Assembly: GCA_947588655.1 (NCBI GenBank)
Contig: CANPYS010000002.1
Coordinates: 11,912-75,911, forward strand
Direction of reading: 5' to 3'
Source: an uncultured Alphaproteobacteria bacterium
GTDB lineage: Bacteria > Pseudomonadota > Alphaproteobacteria > RF32 > CAG-239
DNA: 64,000 nt
Made by a program: the position numbers and the translations under genes. The stretch's first letter is position 1. Each line of letters begins with the position of its first letter. Shown here one piece after another: positions 19,723 to 30,364 of this stretch. Below the pieces are notes generated by a model that saw nothing but the letters and a program-made list of their open reading frames with translations, made no database searches and was not told the origin of the DNA.

Positions 19723-19860
19723 TTAATCCTCAAAAATCTTTATTGTCTTTTCAGTGTGCGTGACTTCAGGCTCAACGCTTGTAAAACCTAAGTAAAAAAA
19801 GCCCCCGATAAAGGCTAAAATCAAAATGTAAAATAACCAGTTATAGTTTTTTCTTTTCAT
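19723..19860 (-). CDS. Small membrane protein (45 aa) translationally coupled to xerD
   Basis: MKRKNYNWLFYILILAFIGGFFYLGFTSVEPEVTHTEKTIKIFED; GAGGT RBS 9 nt upstream; its stop and the xerD ATG form TAAAATG. Confidence 0.4.
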   Translation of the reverse strand: MKRKNYNWLFYILILAFIGGFFYLGFTSVEPEVTHTEKTIKIFED

Positions 19861-19945
19861 CGTTTATTACCTCATAAAAAATGTTGCGCATGATTAATTA
19901 TTTTTATATTATCTAACATAATATTTTTGAAAGAAGCGTTAAAAA

Positions 19946-20500
19946 ATGATAAAAAACAACAAAATAATTCTTCTTGTCGGACTTATGGGCAGCGGTAAGA
20001 CAAGCGTGGGCAAAAGACTGGCTCAAAGACTCGCTCTTCCCTTTGTTGATGGCGACCGTGAAGTTGAAAAAGCCGCCGGCCTTTCTTTGATTGATGTTTT
20101 GAAATGCTTTGGTCCGGAAGAATATCGCGCTGGCGAAATGCGCGTGATGAAAAGGCTTTTGCAAGGCACGCCCTGCGTTTTGGCATCAGGCGGCGGCTCG
20201 TTTGTGGCGGAACAAACGCGCAATCTTGCCAAGCTTAACGCCTTGACAATTTGGCTTAAAGCCGACTTGGATTTGCTTTGTGCCCGCACCGCCCGACGCA
20301 AAAACCGCCCCTTTTTAATAGGCGCGGAAACACGCCTCAAAGAAAAATTGGAATCGTACATTGAAGTAGAATATCCTTTTTATTCTGAAGCTGATATTGT
20401 GGTTGAAACACGCAATGAAAAGGTTGAAAATACAGTCAATCGCGTGATTGAAGCTATTAACAAATTTCAACAAAAGGAAAAATCTTATGCGAAACGATGA
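19946..20500 (+). CDS. aroK: Shikimate kinase
   Basis: P-loop LVGLMGSGKTSVG; 184 aa. Confidence 0.88.
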   Translation: MIKNNKIILLVGLMGSGKTSVGKRLAQRLALPFVDGDREVEKAAGLSLIDVLKCFGPEEYRAGEMRVMKRLLQGTPCVLASGGGSFVAEQTRNLAKLNALTIWLKADLDLLCARTARRKNRPFLIGAETRLKEKLESYIEVEYPFYSEADIVVETRNEKVENTVNRVIEAINKFQQKEKSYAKR

Positions 20501-21200
20501 ACGTTTGGAAAATGCTCTACGGCAAATTGAAATTATACCCAATGTCAACCCTTACGCAGAGGGTTCTTGCTTAATTAAATGCGGCAATACGCATGTTCTT
20601 TGCACGGCAACGGTTGATGATAGAATTCCGTCATGGCTAAAAGCACAAGGTAAAGGCTGGATTAGTGCCGAATATGCGCTTTTGCCCCGCTCCACACAGA
20701 CGCGCGTTGCCCGCGAAACTTCCGGACATAGTGGCCGTACGCATGAAATTCAGCGGCTTATTGGGCGCTCTTTACGCGCTGTGACGGATTTATACGGCCT
20801 TAAAGATTTTATGGTACAAATTGATTGCGACACTCTTTTGGCAGACGGCGGCACACGCACGGCGTCTATCAGCGGTGGCTTTGTCGCTCTTTATTTGGCT
20901 ATGGAAAAATTGGTTTCAGAAGGCAAGCTTAAAGAAAACCCAATACGCGAATTTGTAGGCGCTGTTTCTTGCGGATTGCAAGGCGATGTGCCTCTTTTGG
21001 ACTTGGATTATAGCGAAGATTCCACCGCGCGCGCGGACGCTAACTTTGTTTTAACCGAAAGCGGGCGGATTGTTGAAATTCAGACCACCGCCGAAGGCGC
21101 ACCTTTTAACAGAGATCAGTTTAACGCGCTCTTTGAGCTTGCTCAAAGAGGCATTCAGCAAATCATCAAATTACAAAAACAAGCTTTGGGGTTAAAATAA
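20448..21200 (+). CDS. rph: Ribonuclease PH
   Basis: Colinear with E. coli RNase PH (…GRTHEIQRLIGRSLRAV…DCDTLLADGGTRTASISGGFVAL…); probable start at 20487 (MRNDERLEN…). Confidence 0.9.
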   Translation: MKLLTNFNKRKNLMRNDERLENALRQIEIIPNVNPYAEGSCLIKCGNTHVLCTATVDDRIPSWLKAQGKGWISAEYALLPRSTQTRVARETSGHSGRTHEIQRLIGRSLRAVTDLYGLKDFMVQIDCDTLLADGGTRTASISGGFVALYLAMEKLVSEGKLKENPIREFVGAVSCGLQGDVPLLDLDYSEDSTARADANFVLTESGRIVEIQTTAEGAPFNRDQFNALFELAQRGIQQIIKLQKQALGLK

Positions 21201-21790
21201 TGGACTTTCAAAAAATTGTTTTTGCCAGTCGCAACAAAGGCAAAATTACTGAAATAAGGGAAATGCTTGCGCCTTTTAACATTGAGGTTTTATCGGCGCT
21301 TGATTTAAATCTGCCCGATGTGGAAGAAACAGGCGCAACTTTTGAGGAAAACGCTAAAATTAAGGCGTTATCTGCCACGCGCGCCACGGGGCTTGTCGCT
21401 TTGGGCGATGATTCTGGCTTATGCGTGAACGCCTTAAACGGTCGCCCCGGGGTTTATTCGGCGCGCTATGCTCCTCAACGCAACTTTGAACTTGGCATGC
21501 AAAAACTTTTGGACGATATTGCTCAATCAGGCTCTGATGACCGGAGCGCTTATTTTGCTTGTACCTTGGTTTTGGCGTTTCCAAACGGACAAACGCAAAC
21601 TTTTGAAGGGCGCGTTGACGGCATTATCGGGCAAAGTCCACGGGGTTCGGGCGGCTTTGGGTATGATCCGCTTTTTCTCCCGCTTGGGCAAGATAAAAGC
21701 TTTGCTGAACTTTCCGCCGATTATAAAAATAAAACATCACATCGGGCGCGTGCTATGGCTAAATTTTTAGATTATCTTCGTCACAATTAA
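21200..21790 (+). CDS. rdgB: Non-canonical purine NTP pyrophosphatase RdgB (Ham1 family)
   Basis: …VFASRNKGKITEI… SARYA… FGYDPLF motifs; conserved rph-rdgB pairing. Confidence 0.85.
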   Translation: MDFQKIVFASRNKGKITEIREMLAPFNIEVLSALDLNLPDVEETGATFEENAKIKALSATRATGLVALGDDSGLCVNALNGRPGVYSARYAPQRNFELGMQKLLDDIAQSGSDDRSAYFACTLVLAFPNGQTQTFEGRVDGIIGQSPRGSGGFGYDPLFLPLGQDKSFAELSADYKNKTSHRARAMAKFLDYLRHN

Positions 21791-21799
21791 AGGGGTTTT

Positions 21800-24709
21800 A
21801 TGCAAAATCATATCTTTAATATTCCGGCAAGCTGTTCTTTTGCAGACACTCTCGCCACGCGCTTTTTGAAAGATATTGAGGATAATCCGCAAAGCTTGTC
21901 GTCGTGTTTGTTTTTGTTGCCAAATCGGCGCTCCGCATTATCTCTTCGCGATGCTTTTGTGCGCCTTTTTGGGACGAAACCCGCTATTTTGCCAAAGATG
22001 ATTCCTATTGCCGATATTGATGAAGACGAGGTTCTGTTTGGTGGCGCCGATAATGCCGATGTGCTTAAAAATCTGCCGCCAGCTATATCTTCAACCGAAA
22101 GGCTCTTTTTGCTTGCTAAGCTCATTAATGCCCGACCAACACAATACGGCTTGCCTGAAATGTCGTATGCGCAAGCGTTAGCGCTTTCTGAAGAACTTTG
22201 CAAACTGATGGATAATGTTTATAATCAGCAGTTAAGTTTTGATAAGCTCCAAGATATTGTGCCGGCGCAATATGCCGTACATTGGCAAGAAACGCTCCGC
22301 TTTTTGAAAATTATCACGCATTGGTGGCCTGAAATTTTGGCGCAAAGAGGTGTGTGCGATGTCGCCCAACGCCGCAACGCCCTTTTAGACGCTCAAGCCG
22401 ATGTTTGGGCACGGCATTTTCCAAAGCATAAAGTTATTGCCGCCGGTATTGAGGCTTGTTTTCCAGGGCTTGTGCGGATTTTGAAAGTTATTGCGCAAAT
22501 GCCTCAAGGCGAAATTTATTTTTATGGACTTGACCGCTTTTTAGATGAAAATTCGTGGCAGATGATTGATGAAAATCATCCACAATATCAGCATAAGCTA
22601 ATATTAGAAGCTTTGAATATTCAGCGCGCAGATGTTACCGATGTCGTCCAAGCGCAAAATTTGCCGCGCGAGCAATTTGTGGCTGAAATTATGCGCCCCG
22701 CCGCCGACACCCTTCGTTGGCAAGAGCTTGCAGGTAAAGAATTGCCGTCAGAGGCTGTTAAAAATCTGCACTGCATCAATTGTTTTGATAGTAGGCAAGA
22801 GGCTTTAAGCATTGCGCTTTTGCTCCGCGAAACCCTAAACACGCCCGAAAAAACCGCCGCTTTGGTCACGACTGATCGGCAATTGGCGCGCCGTGTTTGC
22901 GCTGAAATGAGGCGCTGGAACATTGAAGTTGACGACTCCGCTGGTAAGCCTTTGCACCTTTGCCCGATTGGCATTTATCTGCGCCTTATTCCGAATTTGA
23001 TTGAAACAGATTTTAGCGCCAAGGCAATTTTAGCGCTTGTTAAAAATCCGTTTGTTCGGCTTCAAACTCATCGGGTTGAGTTGTTGCAACAAATTAGGCT
23101 TTGGGAGTATCAAGAACGCAAGCCTGTTTTTGATATTTCGCAAAAAAATGCTCTGCCCGAGCCTTTGTGGCTTAAGACTTTAAAAGAAAATTACGCGCCG
23201 TTCGCCGCGCTTTTTAAAGAAAAAACGGCCGATTTTAAAACTCTTTTGACAGCACATCTCAAACTTGCCGAATCGCTTGCGGCTGATACGGAAAAATCAG
23301 GGGCGCAAAATTTGTGGCAAGGCGATGACGGCCGTATGGCGGCACAGTGGCTGAGTGAAATATTAGAAAAAGCTCATGAAATTGGCGCGATTGAAACAAG
23401 TCAATACGCTTTTGTTTTGACGGCTTTGCTTTCAACACAAACCGTGCGCCCGATTTATGGCACGCATCCGCGGCTTAAAATTTTAGGGCCGATTGAGGCG
23501 CGTTTTAATCAGTTTGACCGCGTGATTATTGGCGGCTTAAACGAAGGCGTTTGGCCGATGTTGCCTTCTAGCGATGGTTGGCTTTCGCGTCCGATGAAAA
23601 AAGAGTTTGGGCTGATGATGCCTGAAACCGCTATTGGCGCCGCCGCCGCTGATTTTGCCCGTCTGCTCTCTGCGCCAGAAGTTTATTTAACACGCGCGGA
23701 GCGTTGTGGCGGTACGCCGGCGAATAAGTCGCGTTGGTGGCTGAGGCTTGAGACAGTTTTAGAAGCTTATGGTCTGCCCAAAGACGCTCTTTCTGAAAAT
23801 GTTTATTATCCGTTGGCGCTTGCTTTGGATAACCCCATTAAAACCGAAACCCCCAAGCGGCCTATGCCCAAGCCAAGCATTCAACATCGCCCGAAAGAAC
23901 TTTCAGCAAGCGCGGTTGAAGTTTTGATGCGCGATCCTTATGAAATTTATGCCCGATATATTTTGAAATTGTATCCGCTTGAAGATATTGATTCTTCTCT
24001 TTCCATGCGCGAGTATGGTTCTGTTGTTCACAAGGTTTTGGAGCGTTTTAATCGGGCTTATCCTGAAAAATTGCCCGAAAACGCCGAAGATATTATGCTT
24101 TCCATGGGGCTTAAACTTTTTGATGAAATGGGCGTTGAACCCGAAAGCAAAGCCTTTTGGTTGCCACGGTTTGAAAAGACTGTTCGCTTTATTGCTCATC
24201 ATGAAAAAATTTATCGGCAAAACATTGTTAAAGTTGTGCCAGAAGTAGCCGGCTCGTTTTCGTTTGATACTAAAAACGGCAAATTTACCATTAAGGCGCG
24301 CGCTGATCGGCTTGATTTGACAACCGAAGGAAAAATTAATATTATTGATTACAAAACAGGCAAAATCCGCACAAAAGCCGAGGTTTTTAAAGGCTATGCG
24401 CCACAGTTGCCGATTGAGGGGCTTATTGTTCGTGAAGGCGGTTTTCAAACAAATGAATTTTCGTTTCAAACAACTGATGTCGGACGTTTGATTTATTGGC
24501 AACTTGGTGAAAAAACATCTGAAATTGACGCTGATGAAAAAAATTTGCTCAACGACACTTTAACGCGCTTGAAAATGTTAATTGAACCATTTGCAGATTT
24601 TGACACACCTTATCCGGCGCGACCAAACCCGAAACATTTGCTTGAATACGCCGATTATGAACATTTGGCGCGCGTGCAAGAATGGGCAAGCGGAGGCGAT
24701 GATGAATAA
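21800..24709 (+). CDS. addB: Double-strand break repair protein AddB (alphaproteobacterial type)
   Basis: 969 aa, immediately upstream of and overlapping addA; C-terminal PD-(D/E)xK-like nuclease region (…IIDYKTGK…). Confidence 0.8.
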   Translation: MQNHIFNIPASCSFADTLATRFLKDIEDNPQSLSSCLFLLPNRRSALSLRDAFVRLFGTKPAILPKMIPIADIDEDEVLFGGADNADVLKNLPPAISSTERLFLLAKLINARPTQYGLPEMSYAQALALSEELCKLMDNVYNQQLSFDKLQDIVPAQYAVHWQETLRFLKIITHWWPEILAQRGVCDVAQRRNALLDAQADVWARHFPKHKVIAAGIEACFPGLVRILKVIAQMPQGEIYFYGLDRFLDENSWQMIDENHPQYQHKLILEALNIQRADVTDVVQAQNLPREQFVAEIMRPAADTLRWQELAGKELPSEAVKNLHCINCFDSRQEALSIALLLRETLNTPEKTAALVTTDRQLARRVCAEMRRWNIEVDDSAGKPLHLCPIGIYLRLIPNLIETDFSAKAILALVKNPFVRLQTHRVELLQQIRLWEYQERKPVFDISQKNALPEPLWLKTLKENYAPFAALFKEKTADFKTLLTAHLKLAESLAADTEKSGAQNLWQGDDGRMAAQWLSEILEKAHEIGAIETSQYAFVLTALLSTQTVRPIYGTHPRLKILGPIEARFNQFDRVIIGGLNEGVWPMLPSSDGWLSRPMKKEFGLMMPETAIGAAAADFARLLSAPEVYLTRAERCGGTPANKSRWWLRLETVLEAYGLPKDALSENVYYPLALALDNPIKTETPKRPMPKPSIQHRPKELSASAVEVLMRDPYEIYARYILKLYPLEDIDSSLSMREYGSVVHKVLERFNRAYPEKLPENAEDIMLSMGLKLFDEMGVEPESKAFWLPRFEKTVRFIAHHEKIYRQNIVKVVPEVAGSFSFDTKNGKFTIKARADRLDLTTEGKINIIDYKTGKIRTKAEVFKGYAPQLPIEGLIVREGGFQTNEFSFQTTDVGRLIYWQLGEKTSEIDADEKNLLNDTLTRLKMLIEPFADFDTPYPARPNPKHLLEYADYEHLARVQEWASGGDDE

Positions 24710-27700
24710 TATTGAGCAAGAAACAAACGCTTTAAGTCAAATTGCGACAAGGCAACAACAAAAAGCCGCTAATCCTAAGCTTTCTGTTTGGGTGCAAGCT
24801 TCCGCCGGCACAGGCAAGACAAAAGTTCTGTCTGACCGCGTGTTGCGTCTTTTGTTGCAAAATGTTAATCCGTCACGAATTTTGTGCCTAACTTATACCA
24901 AAGCCGCCGCCGTTGAAATGAACGCGCGTATTGCGAATCGGCTTTCACACTGGGCTGTCGCGCCACAAAAAGATCTTATAAAAGACTTGCAATCTTTGGT
25001 TTCAGAAAATATGTCTGAAAAAGAATGCCAACAACTTGTTAAACGCGCACGCATTTTGTTTGCCTTGCTTTTAGATGTTCCCGGTGGGCTTAAAATTCAG
25101 ACAATTCATAGTTTTTGCCAAGAAATTTTAAAGCGCTTTCCAATAGAATCGGGCGTTTCACCTTATTTTAACGTTTTGGACGACCGCGCCGCCAAAGAAG
25201 CCCTTAACACCGCCGCCACAGAACTTTTAAGCCGTATGGAAACCGCGCCACATACGCCGGAAGCACAGGCAATGGCGTTTTTGACGACGCAGATTAAAGA
25301 ATTTTCTTTTAATAAATTAATGTCGCTTTTGATTGAAAAACGCAGTGCTTTTGCCGATATTTTAAGCGCTTATGATTGTATTCAAGACTTTGAAAAAGCT
25401 CTGATGACTCGGCTCGGACTTAAGCAAATTAAATCTTTGGCTGAGGCTGAAAAAGATTTTTATCAGACGCTTGATATAGAAAAATTGCGCCAAATCGCCG
25501 ATGTTTTGGGGCAAAGCGCCTCTGTAAACGATAAAAAAGCCGCGCGCATTATATTAGAACAAACTAATTTAGATATTGCTAAATTAGAAAATGCTAAATT
25601 AGATATTGCTAATTTAGGAAATGCTAAATTAGGAAATACTAATTTAGAAAACGCTAAATTAGAAAATACTAAATTAGGAAATGCTAAATTAGAAAACGCT
25701 AATTTAGAGAATGCTAATTTAGGAAATGCTAATTTAGGAAATACTAAATTAGAAAACGCTAATTTAGAAAACGCTAATTTAGAAAATGCTAATTTAGAAA
25801 ATGCTAAATTAGAAAATGCTAATTTAGGAAATACTAATTTAGAAAACACTAATTTAGAAAACACTAATTTAGAAAACACTAATTTAGAAAATGCTAATTT
25901 AGAAAATGCTAATTTAGAGAATGCTAATTTAGAAAATGCTAATCAATTTGATTTTGACACGTTTAAAGGCGTCTTTTTAACGGGCGATGATGAAATTCGC
26001 GATGCGATAGCCACAAAATCGTTTGTTAAAAAATTTCCGTTCGTGGGCGAATTTTTGGATAAACTGGCGCAAGATGTTTTGGCATTTGTAATGTATCTTA
26101 AACGGCTTAATTTGTTTTTATCTACGCGCGCGGTAATGATTATTGCCGGTACATTAGGAAATGCTTATACAGCCTTTAAGCGCCAAAACGCCGAGCTTGA
26201 TTATGAAGACCTTATCCACTTAACAAAGCGTCTGCTTGAAAATGAGGGCGCGGCATCATGGGTGCTATATAAACTTGACGGCGGCATTAGTCATATTTTG
26301 ATTGACGAGGCGCAAGATACTTCGCCCCAACAATGGGCTATTATCAAGGCTTTAAGCGCCGAGTTTTTTGACGGCGCAGGGCAGTCTGATGAAACGCGAA
26401 CAGTTTTTGCCGTCGGCGATCGGAAGCAATCTATTTATAGTTTTCAGGGCGCAGATCCTGCCGCTTTTGATGAAATGTCAAAATATTTTGCTCAAAAAAG
26501 CACCTCTTTTGAAAAAGTGCGGCTTGATGTTTCGTTTAGGTCAACGGCGGCGGTTTTGGAAACGGTTAATCATTTGTTTGATATGCCAACAGCTCAATCC
26601 GGCGTGGTTTTAGAAGATGAAAAAGTGTCGCACCTGCCCTTTAGGCTCGGGCAAGGCGGCCGCGTTGAAATTTGGCCCTTGATTGAACCCGAAGATGATG
26701 AAGAAGATGTTTGGTATCCGCCTGTAGAGCGCGCGCACAAGCCTTTAGCGCGAACACGGCTCGCCGAAAAAATTGCGCAAACTATTCAGCAAATGGTGGC
26801 GCGGCAAGAGGTTTTGGAATCAAAAGGGCGGGCGCTCCAATATAGCGATTTTATGGTGCTGGTGCAACGGCGCAACGCTTTTATGGACGACTTTATCCGC
26901 GCGTGCAAGCAAATTGGCGTGAATATTGCCGGCGCCGATAAAATTAAGCTTTTAGAGCATATTGCCGTTCAAGATTTGATTTCTTTGGCAAAGTTTTTGC
27001 TTTTGCCTGAAGATGATTTGAGCTTGGCGGAAGTCTTAAAATCGCCTTTGTTCGGGCTTGACGATGACGACTTAATGCAACTTTGCATTGACCGTGGCGC
27101 AACCGCATTGTGGCAAAGGTTGAAAACAAATTCAAAATATGCTCCCGCTACTGAAACGCTTTCTGCGCTTTTAGCCAAGGCAGATTATATTCGTCCGTTT
27201 GAGCTTTTTTCATACGTTTTAAGCGTTTATGGCGGGCGGCAAAAATTTGTGGCGCGCTTGGGCAAAGAAACCGAGGACGCCTTAGATGAATTTATGAATT
27301 TGACGCTTGATTTTGAGCGTGAACATACACCCTCGCTTCAGGCTTTTTTGCAATGGCTTGAAGAAGACGATGTTGAAATTAAGCGCGAAACAGAACAACC
27401 CCAAGCCAATGCTGTGCGCATTATGACGGTTCATGGTTCAAAAGGCTTGCAAGCGCCTGTCGTTATTTTGCCTGATACCGTGCGTGTGCCAAACATTAAG
27501 CGAGAGGCGGCGCTTTTGGTTGAAGATAATCAGCGCGCTTATTTTCCGCTTAATGCCGATGGTTATGAAGATATTTGCAATGCACTTTATGAAACCGAAA
27601 AGCAAAAAGAATATGACGAATATCGGCGACTTTTATACGTTGCCTTAACGCGCGCGGAAGATAGGCTTTATGTTTGCGGCTATAAATCTAAAAACAAAAT

Positions 27701-28433
27701 TAATGAGCAATGCTGGTATAATTTGTGCGCAGAAACGCTTAAAACTTGGGGCAAAGAAAAAGACGGTAATTTGGTTTATGAATCGGAACAACTCGTTGCG
27801 CCCAAAACAGCCTTAAATCAGCTGGAAGAAACGCCTCAAATTAAGCTCCCTTCATGGACTTTGGAAGACGCTCCTCAAGCCGAGCCTTTGGCGCGTCCTT
27901 ATACGCCCTCAAAGCCTGATGATGACGAAATTGCCGCAGCATCGCCTTTAAATGATGAGGGTTTTTATTATAAGCGCGGGTTGCTTATTCATAAGTTGTT
28001 GCAGTTGTTGCCTTCTGAAATTGACAAGGCGGCGCGCGAAAATTTAATGCGAATCTTTTTTAAGAAAAACGCCCCTGAACTTTCGGAAAAAACTCAAAAT
28101 CAGCTTGTGTCTGAAATTTCCGCCTTGTTTGATAATCCCTCGTTTGCCTTTATTTTTGGCGCTTGTTCGCAAGCCGAAGTACCTATTATTGGGCGCGTGG
28201 AAAACAAAATTGTTTCTGCGCAAATTGACCGTCTGATTGTTCTTAATGACAGGGTTGTTGTGGTTGATTTCAAAACAAATCGTCCTGCCGCGCAAGACAT
28301 TGCCCAAGTGCCGGCGGTTTATAAAAATCAGCTTTCAACTTATCAAAAACTTGTGGCGCAAATTTATCCCGACAGGCCTGTTGAAGGCTACATTTTGTGG
28401 ACAAATACCGGCGATTTGATGAAAGTGATTTAA
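24582..28433 (+). CDS. addA: Double-strand break repair helicase/nuclease AddA, carrying a ~130-aa pentapeptide-repeat insertion
   Basis: UvrD/Rep motif I (QASAGTGKTKVLSDRVLRLL), motif II (ILIDEAQDTSP), C-terminal RecB-type nuclease (…VVVDFKTNRP…). True start probably ATG 24699 (MMNNIEQ), overlapping the addB stop. Residues ~330-465 are (N/K)L(E/G/D)(N/I)(A/T) repeats. Confidence 0.88.
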   Translation: MNHLQILTHLIRRDQTRNICLNTPIMNIWRACKNGQAEAMMNNIEQETNALSQIATRQQQKAANPKLSVWVQASAGTGKTKVLSDRVLRLLLQNVNPSRILCLTYTKAAAVEMNARIANRLSHWAVAPQKDLIKDLQSLVSENMSEKECQQLVKRARILFALLLDVPGGLKIQTIHSFCQEILKRFPIESGVSPYFNVLDDRAAKEALNTAATELLSRMETAPHTPEAQAMAFLTTQIKEFSFNKLMSLLIEKRSAFADILSAYDCIQDFEKALMTRLGLKQIKSLAEAEKDFYQTLDIEKLRQIADVLGQSASVNDKKAARIILEQTNLDIAKLENAKLDIANLGNAKLGNTNLENAKLENTKLGNAKLENANLENANLGNANLGNTKLENANLENANLENANLENAKLENANLGNTNLENTNLENTNLENTNLENANLENANLENANLENANQFDFDTFKGVFLTGDDEIRDAIATKSFVKKFPFVGEFLDKLAQDVLAFVMYLKRLNLFLSTRAVMIIAGTLGNAYTAFKRQNAELDYEDLIHLTKRLLENEGAASWVLYKLDGGISHILIDEAQDTSPQQWAIIKALSAEFFDGAGQSDETRTVFAVGDRKQSIYSFQGADPAAFDEMSKYFAQKSTSFEKVRLDVSFRSTAAVLETVNHLFDMPTAQSGVVLEDEKVSHLPFRLGQGGRVEIWPLIEPEDDEEDVWYPPVERAHKPLARTRLAEKIAQTIQQMVARQEVLESKGRALQYSDFMVLVQRRNAFMDDFIRACKQIGVNIAGADKIKLLEHIAVQDLISLAKFLLLPEDDLSLAEVLKSPLFGLDDDDLMQLCIDRGATALWQRLKTNSKYAPATETLSALLAKADYIRPFELFSYVLSVYGGRQKFVARLGKETEDALDEFMNLTLDFEREHTPSLQAFLQWLEEDDVEIKRETEQPQANAVRIMTVHGSKGLQAPVVILPDTVRVPNIKREAALLVEDNQRAYFPLNADGYEDICNALYETEKQKEYDEYRRLLYVALTRAEDRLYVCGYKSKNKINEQCWYNLCAETLKTWGKEKDGNLVYESEQLVAPKTALNQLEETPQIKLPSWTLEDAPQAEPLARPYTPSKPDDDEIAAASPLNDEGFYYKRGLLIHKLLQLLPSEIDKAARENLMRIFFKKNAPELSEKTQNQLVSEISALFDNPSFAFIFGACSQAEVPIIGRVENKIVSAQIDRLIVLNDRVVVVDFKTNRPAAQDIAQVPAVYKNQLSTYQKLVAQIYPDRPVEGYILWTNTGDLMKVI
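25563..25940 (+). repeat. 15-bp tandem minisatellite (~25 units of aatttagaaaatgct and variants), in frame within addA
   Basis: Direct reading: actaatttagatattgct aaattagaaaatgct aaattagatattgct aatttaggaaatgct … aatttagaaaatgct. Confidence 0.92.
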
Positions 28434-28504
28434 ACAAATTTTGCTTAAAAAAAGACGCTATTTATCTTTTGCAAACATAAAAACACCTCTTAAAGAGATG
28501 TTTT

Positions 28505-28930
28505 TTACCGCCCTTGAAAGCGATTAAAATTGTTTGCTAATTTCCGATACATGTTTGACACGGGTGCCCAATGCAGTTTTTTCGGCGCTGGTTCAGGAGC
28601 AAGATGTTTTTTAAGGTACTCTGGATCTTTATGCCTTTCCTCAAGTATTTCTTTAAAATTCCGCACATATATTTCTTCCACTTGACGAATAATATCAGCA
28701 AGAGCACGACTTTTATCTTCAAACTCTGTATAACCTTGCTCCTCTAACATTTTAAAAAACTTCTCTCTCTCTTCTACGGATGATTTAAAATTCGGCCAAA
28801 TACCGCTTGAACGCGGTCCCATAGTTCTCCAACCGCCCACAAATCCACATTTATGGGTCATCTTCAAGTGCTCCATATCAAGATTCCAGTCTTTGATATA
28901 TTCCTCATATGGTGGTGGGGTGTATTGCAT
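28505..28930 (-). CDS. Hypothetical protein (141 aa) in a low-GC insertion
   Basis: Intact ORF MQYTPPPYEEYIKDWNLDMEHLKMTHKCGFVGGW…; AT-rich surroundings; no recognisable motif. Confidence 0.45.
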   Translation of the reverse strand: MQYTPPPYEEYIKDWNLDMEHLKMTHKCGFVGGWRTMGPRSSGIWPNFKSSVEEREKFFKMLEEQGYTEFEDKSRALADIIRQVEEIYVRNFKEILEERHKDPEYLKKHLAPEPAPKKLHWAPVSNMYRKLANNFNRFQGR

Positions 28931-29059
28931 TTTCTACCTTCCTTACCTGTATATATACATATTTTTTGAAATTTGTCAAGCATTTTTTAATCTTTTTACG
29001 GTTGATTTTAGAGATAAAATATAGTATAATAGGTTTATATAATTTTAAGAGAATACCCC

Positions 29060-30364
29060 ATGGAAGAATATGAAGTTTATAGTAAAATGTTAAATGATTA
29101 TTTAGATATTAATGAATATATAGATAATCACACTTTAGAAAAATTAACCGAACCAGTTATGTTGGTTTTTGGCTATGTAGAAGAAAAAAACATAAATTTA
29201 CGAAAAAGTGGCAACGCCAAGGCTGTTGAACAATACAAAAATGATAATGGCAAACAAGTTGTCCAAACTTTAAAAGATGCTGGTTATAAAGCTGCATTTT
29301 ATACTGAAAAAAGAGCTTCCCGCCCCAGTTATATTGCTGTTACTAAAACCGGTATCATCACACCTTTTTACCAACCTGATGAAGCCCCTCAAATTGCCCG
29401 CGATATTTTAGAAACGCTTGTCCGCGCCAATGTTGCCTTACCTTTAAGCTATGTTTGGGGAACAACCTTTAATCAGCTGACATACCCCGCACCACGCACC
29501 CCGGAAGATTTTCGCTCGGTTTTGGCGGGAAAATTAGCGCATCCTAACCCGAAACGTTTTGATGAAATTATGAAAAAGCATGGAAAAGATTTTTATAAAA
29601 AGATGCTTGGTGAAGCATTTAACAACAAGATGGCTCGCGCAGATATATATAAAAAATATGAGTCTTTAAATAGAGCTTATCATGGCGGTATCACAAGCCA
29701 ACCTATGGTCATTTTTGCCAAAAACAACCTTGAATCAAGGCATCTTGTTTATGGCTCTTTAGGGTTTGCCCAGGCTTATAAACATTCTATCATAGATAAT
29801 GAATCTAGAGGGCAAGGCTTTAATTATGAGCACGCTTATGGATTTTTACATATTTACAAGATTATCGGAAGCACTAAACTAGAACCTACAGGTTCTTTAG
29901 AAACACGCGGTAGTCCTAGACTTCCTATAGATATTAATGATATGGAGTTTCCTCTTTGTAAAAGCAATGTAGAATATGTTGAAACGCTCGTTTGCTTTGA
30001 AGACGGGGCTTTTTTAATCCCTAATAATGACAAAGATTGGGAAGACTTCAAAGAACTCTCTCAAGTTTCGTATTATGATGAACGAGAAAGAATGCTCTTT
30101 CGTCGTGAAAATCTAATTATGCAGCAATTTTTAAATAATAACGCTGTTATCACATATAGCCCAAGAGGAAGAATGCAAAAAGAAAGCATTGATAACGACG
30201 TTAAAAATTATATGTCTAAAGTCAGGAACAAACTGGCAAAAAAAATTGATAAAGCTCTTGGTACAAAAACAGCCCCCTTAAAAGCACCACAAATTATAAA
30301 AAAGCTTGAACGAGTAGCAAGCATTTTACGCTTCAAAGCCCTTAATAAAATGAATACAAAATAA
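29060..30364 (+). CDS. Hypothetical protein (434 aa) in a low-GC insertion
   Basis: Long intact ORF; markedly AT-rich codon usage compared with flanking addA/trxA; no recognisable motif. Confidence 0.5.
   Translation: MEEYEVYSKMLNDYLDINEYIDNHTLEKLTEPVMLVFGYVEEKNINLRKSGNAKAVEQYKNDNGKQVVQTLKDAGYKAAFYTEKRASRPSYIAVTKTGIITPFYQPDEAPQIARDILETLVRANVALPLSYVWGTTFNQLTYPAPRTPEDFRSVLAGKLAHPNPKRFDEIMKKHGKDFYKKMLGEAFNNKMARADIYKKYESLNRAYHGGITSQPMVIFAKNNLESRHLVYGSLGFAQAYKHSIIDNESRGQGFNYEHAYGFLHIYKIIGSTKLEPTGSLETRGSPRLPIDINDMEFPLCKSNVEYVETLVCFEDGAFLIPNNDKDWEDFKELSQVSYYDERERMLFRRENLIMQQFLNNNAVITYSPRGRMQKESIDNDVKNYMSKVRNKLAKKIDKALGTKTAPLKAPQIIKKLERVASILRFKALNKMNTK

Noticed and set aside
24582-24698. Upstream extension of addA (MNHLQILTHLIRRDQ…) suggested by the ORF track
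   Set aside because: It overlaps the 3' end of addB with no RBS. The MMNNIEQ start at 24699, overlapping the addB stop, fits the usual addB-addA coupling.
25463-25879. 138-aa antisense ORF reading FSKLAFSKLAFSNLAFS… through the addA minisatellite
   Set aside because: It is the complementary-strand translation of the tandem repeat. There is no start context, and the sense frame is part of the intact AddA helicase; it is noted only as a property of the repeat.
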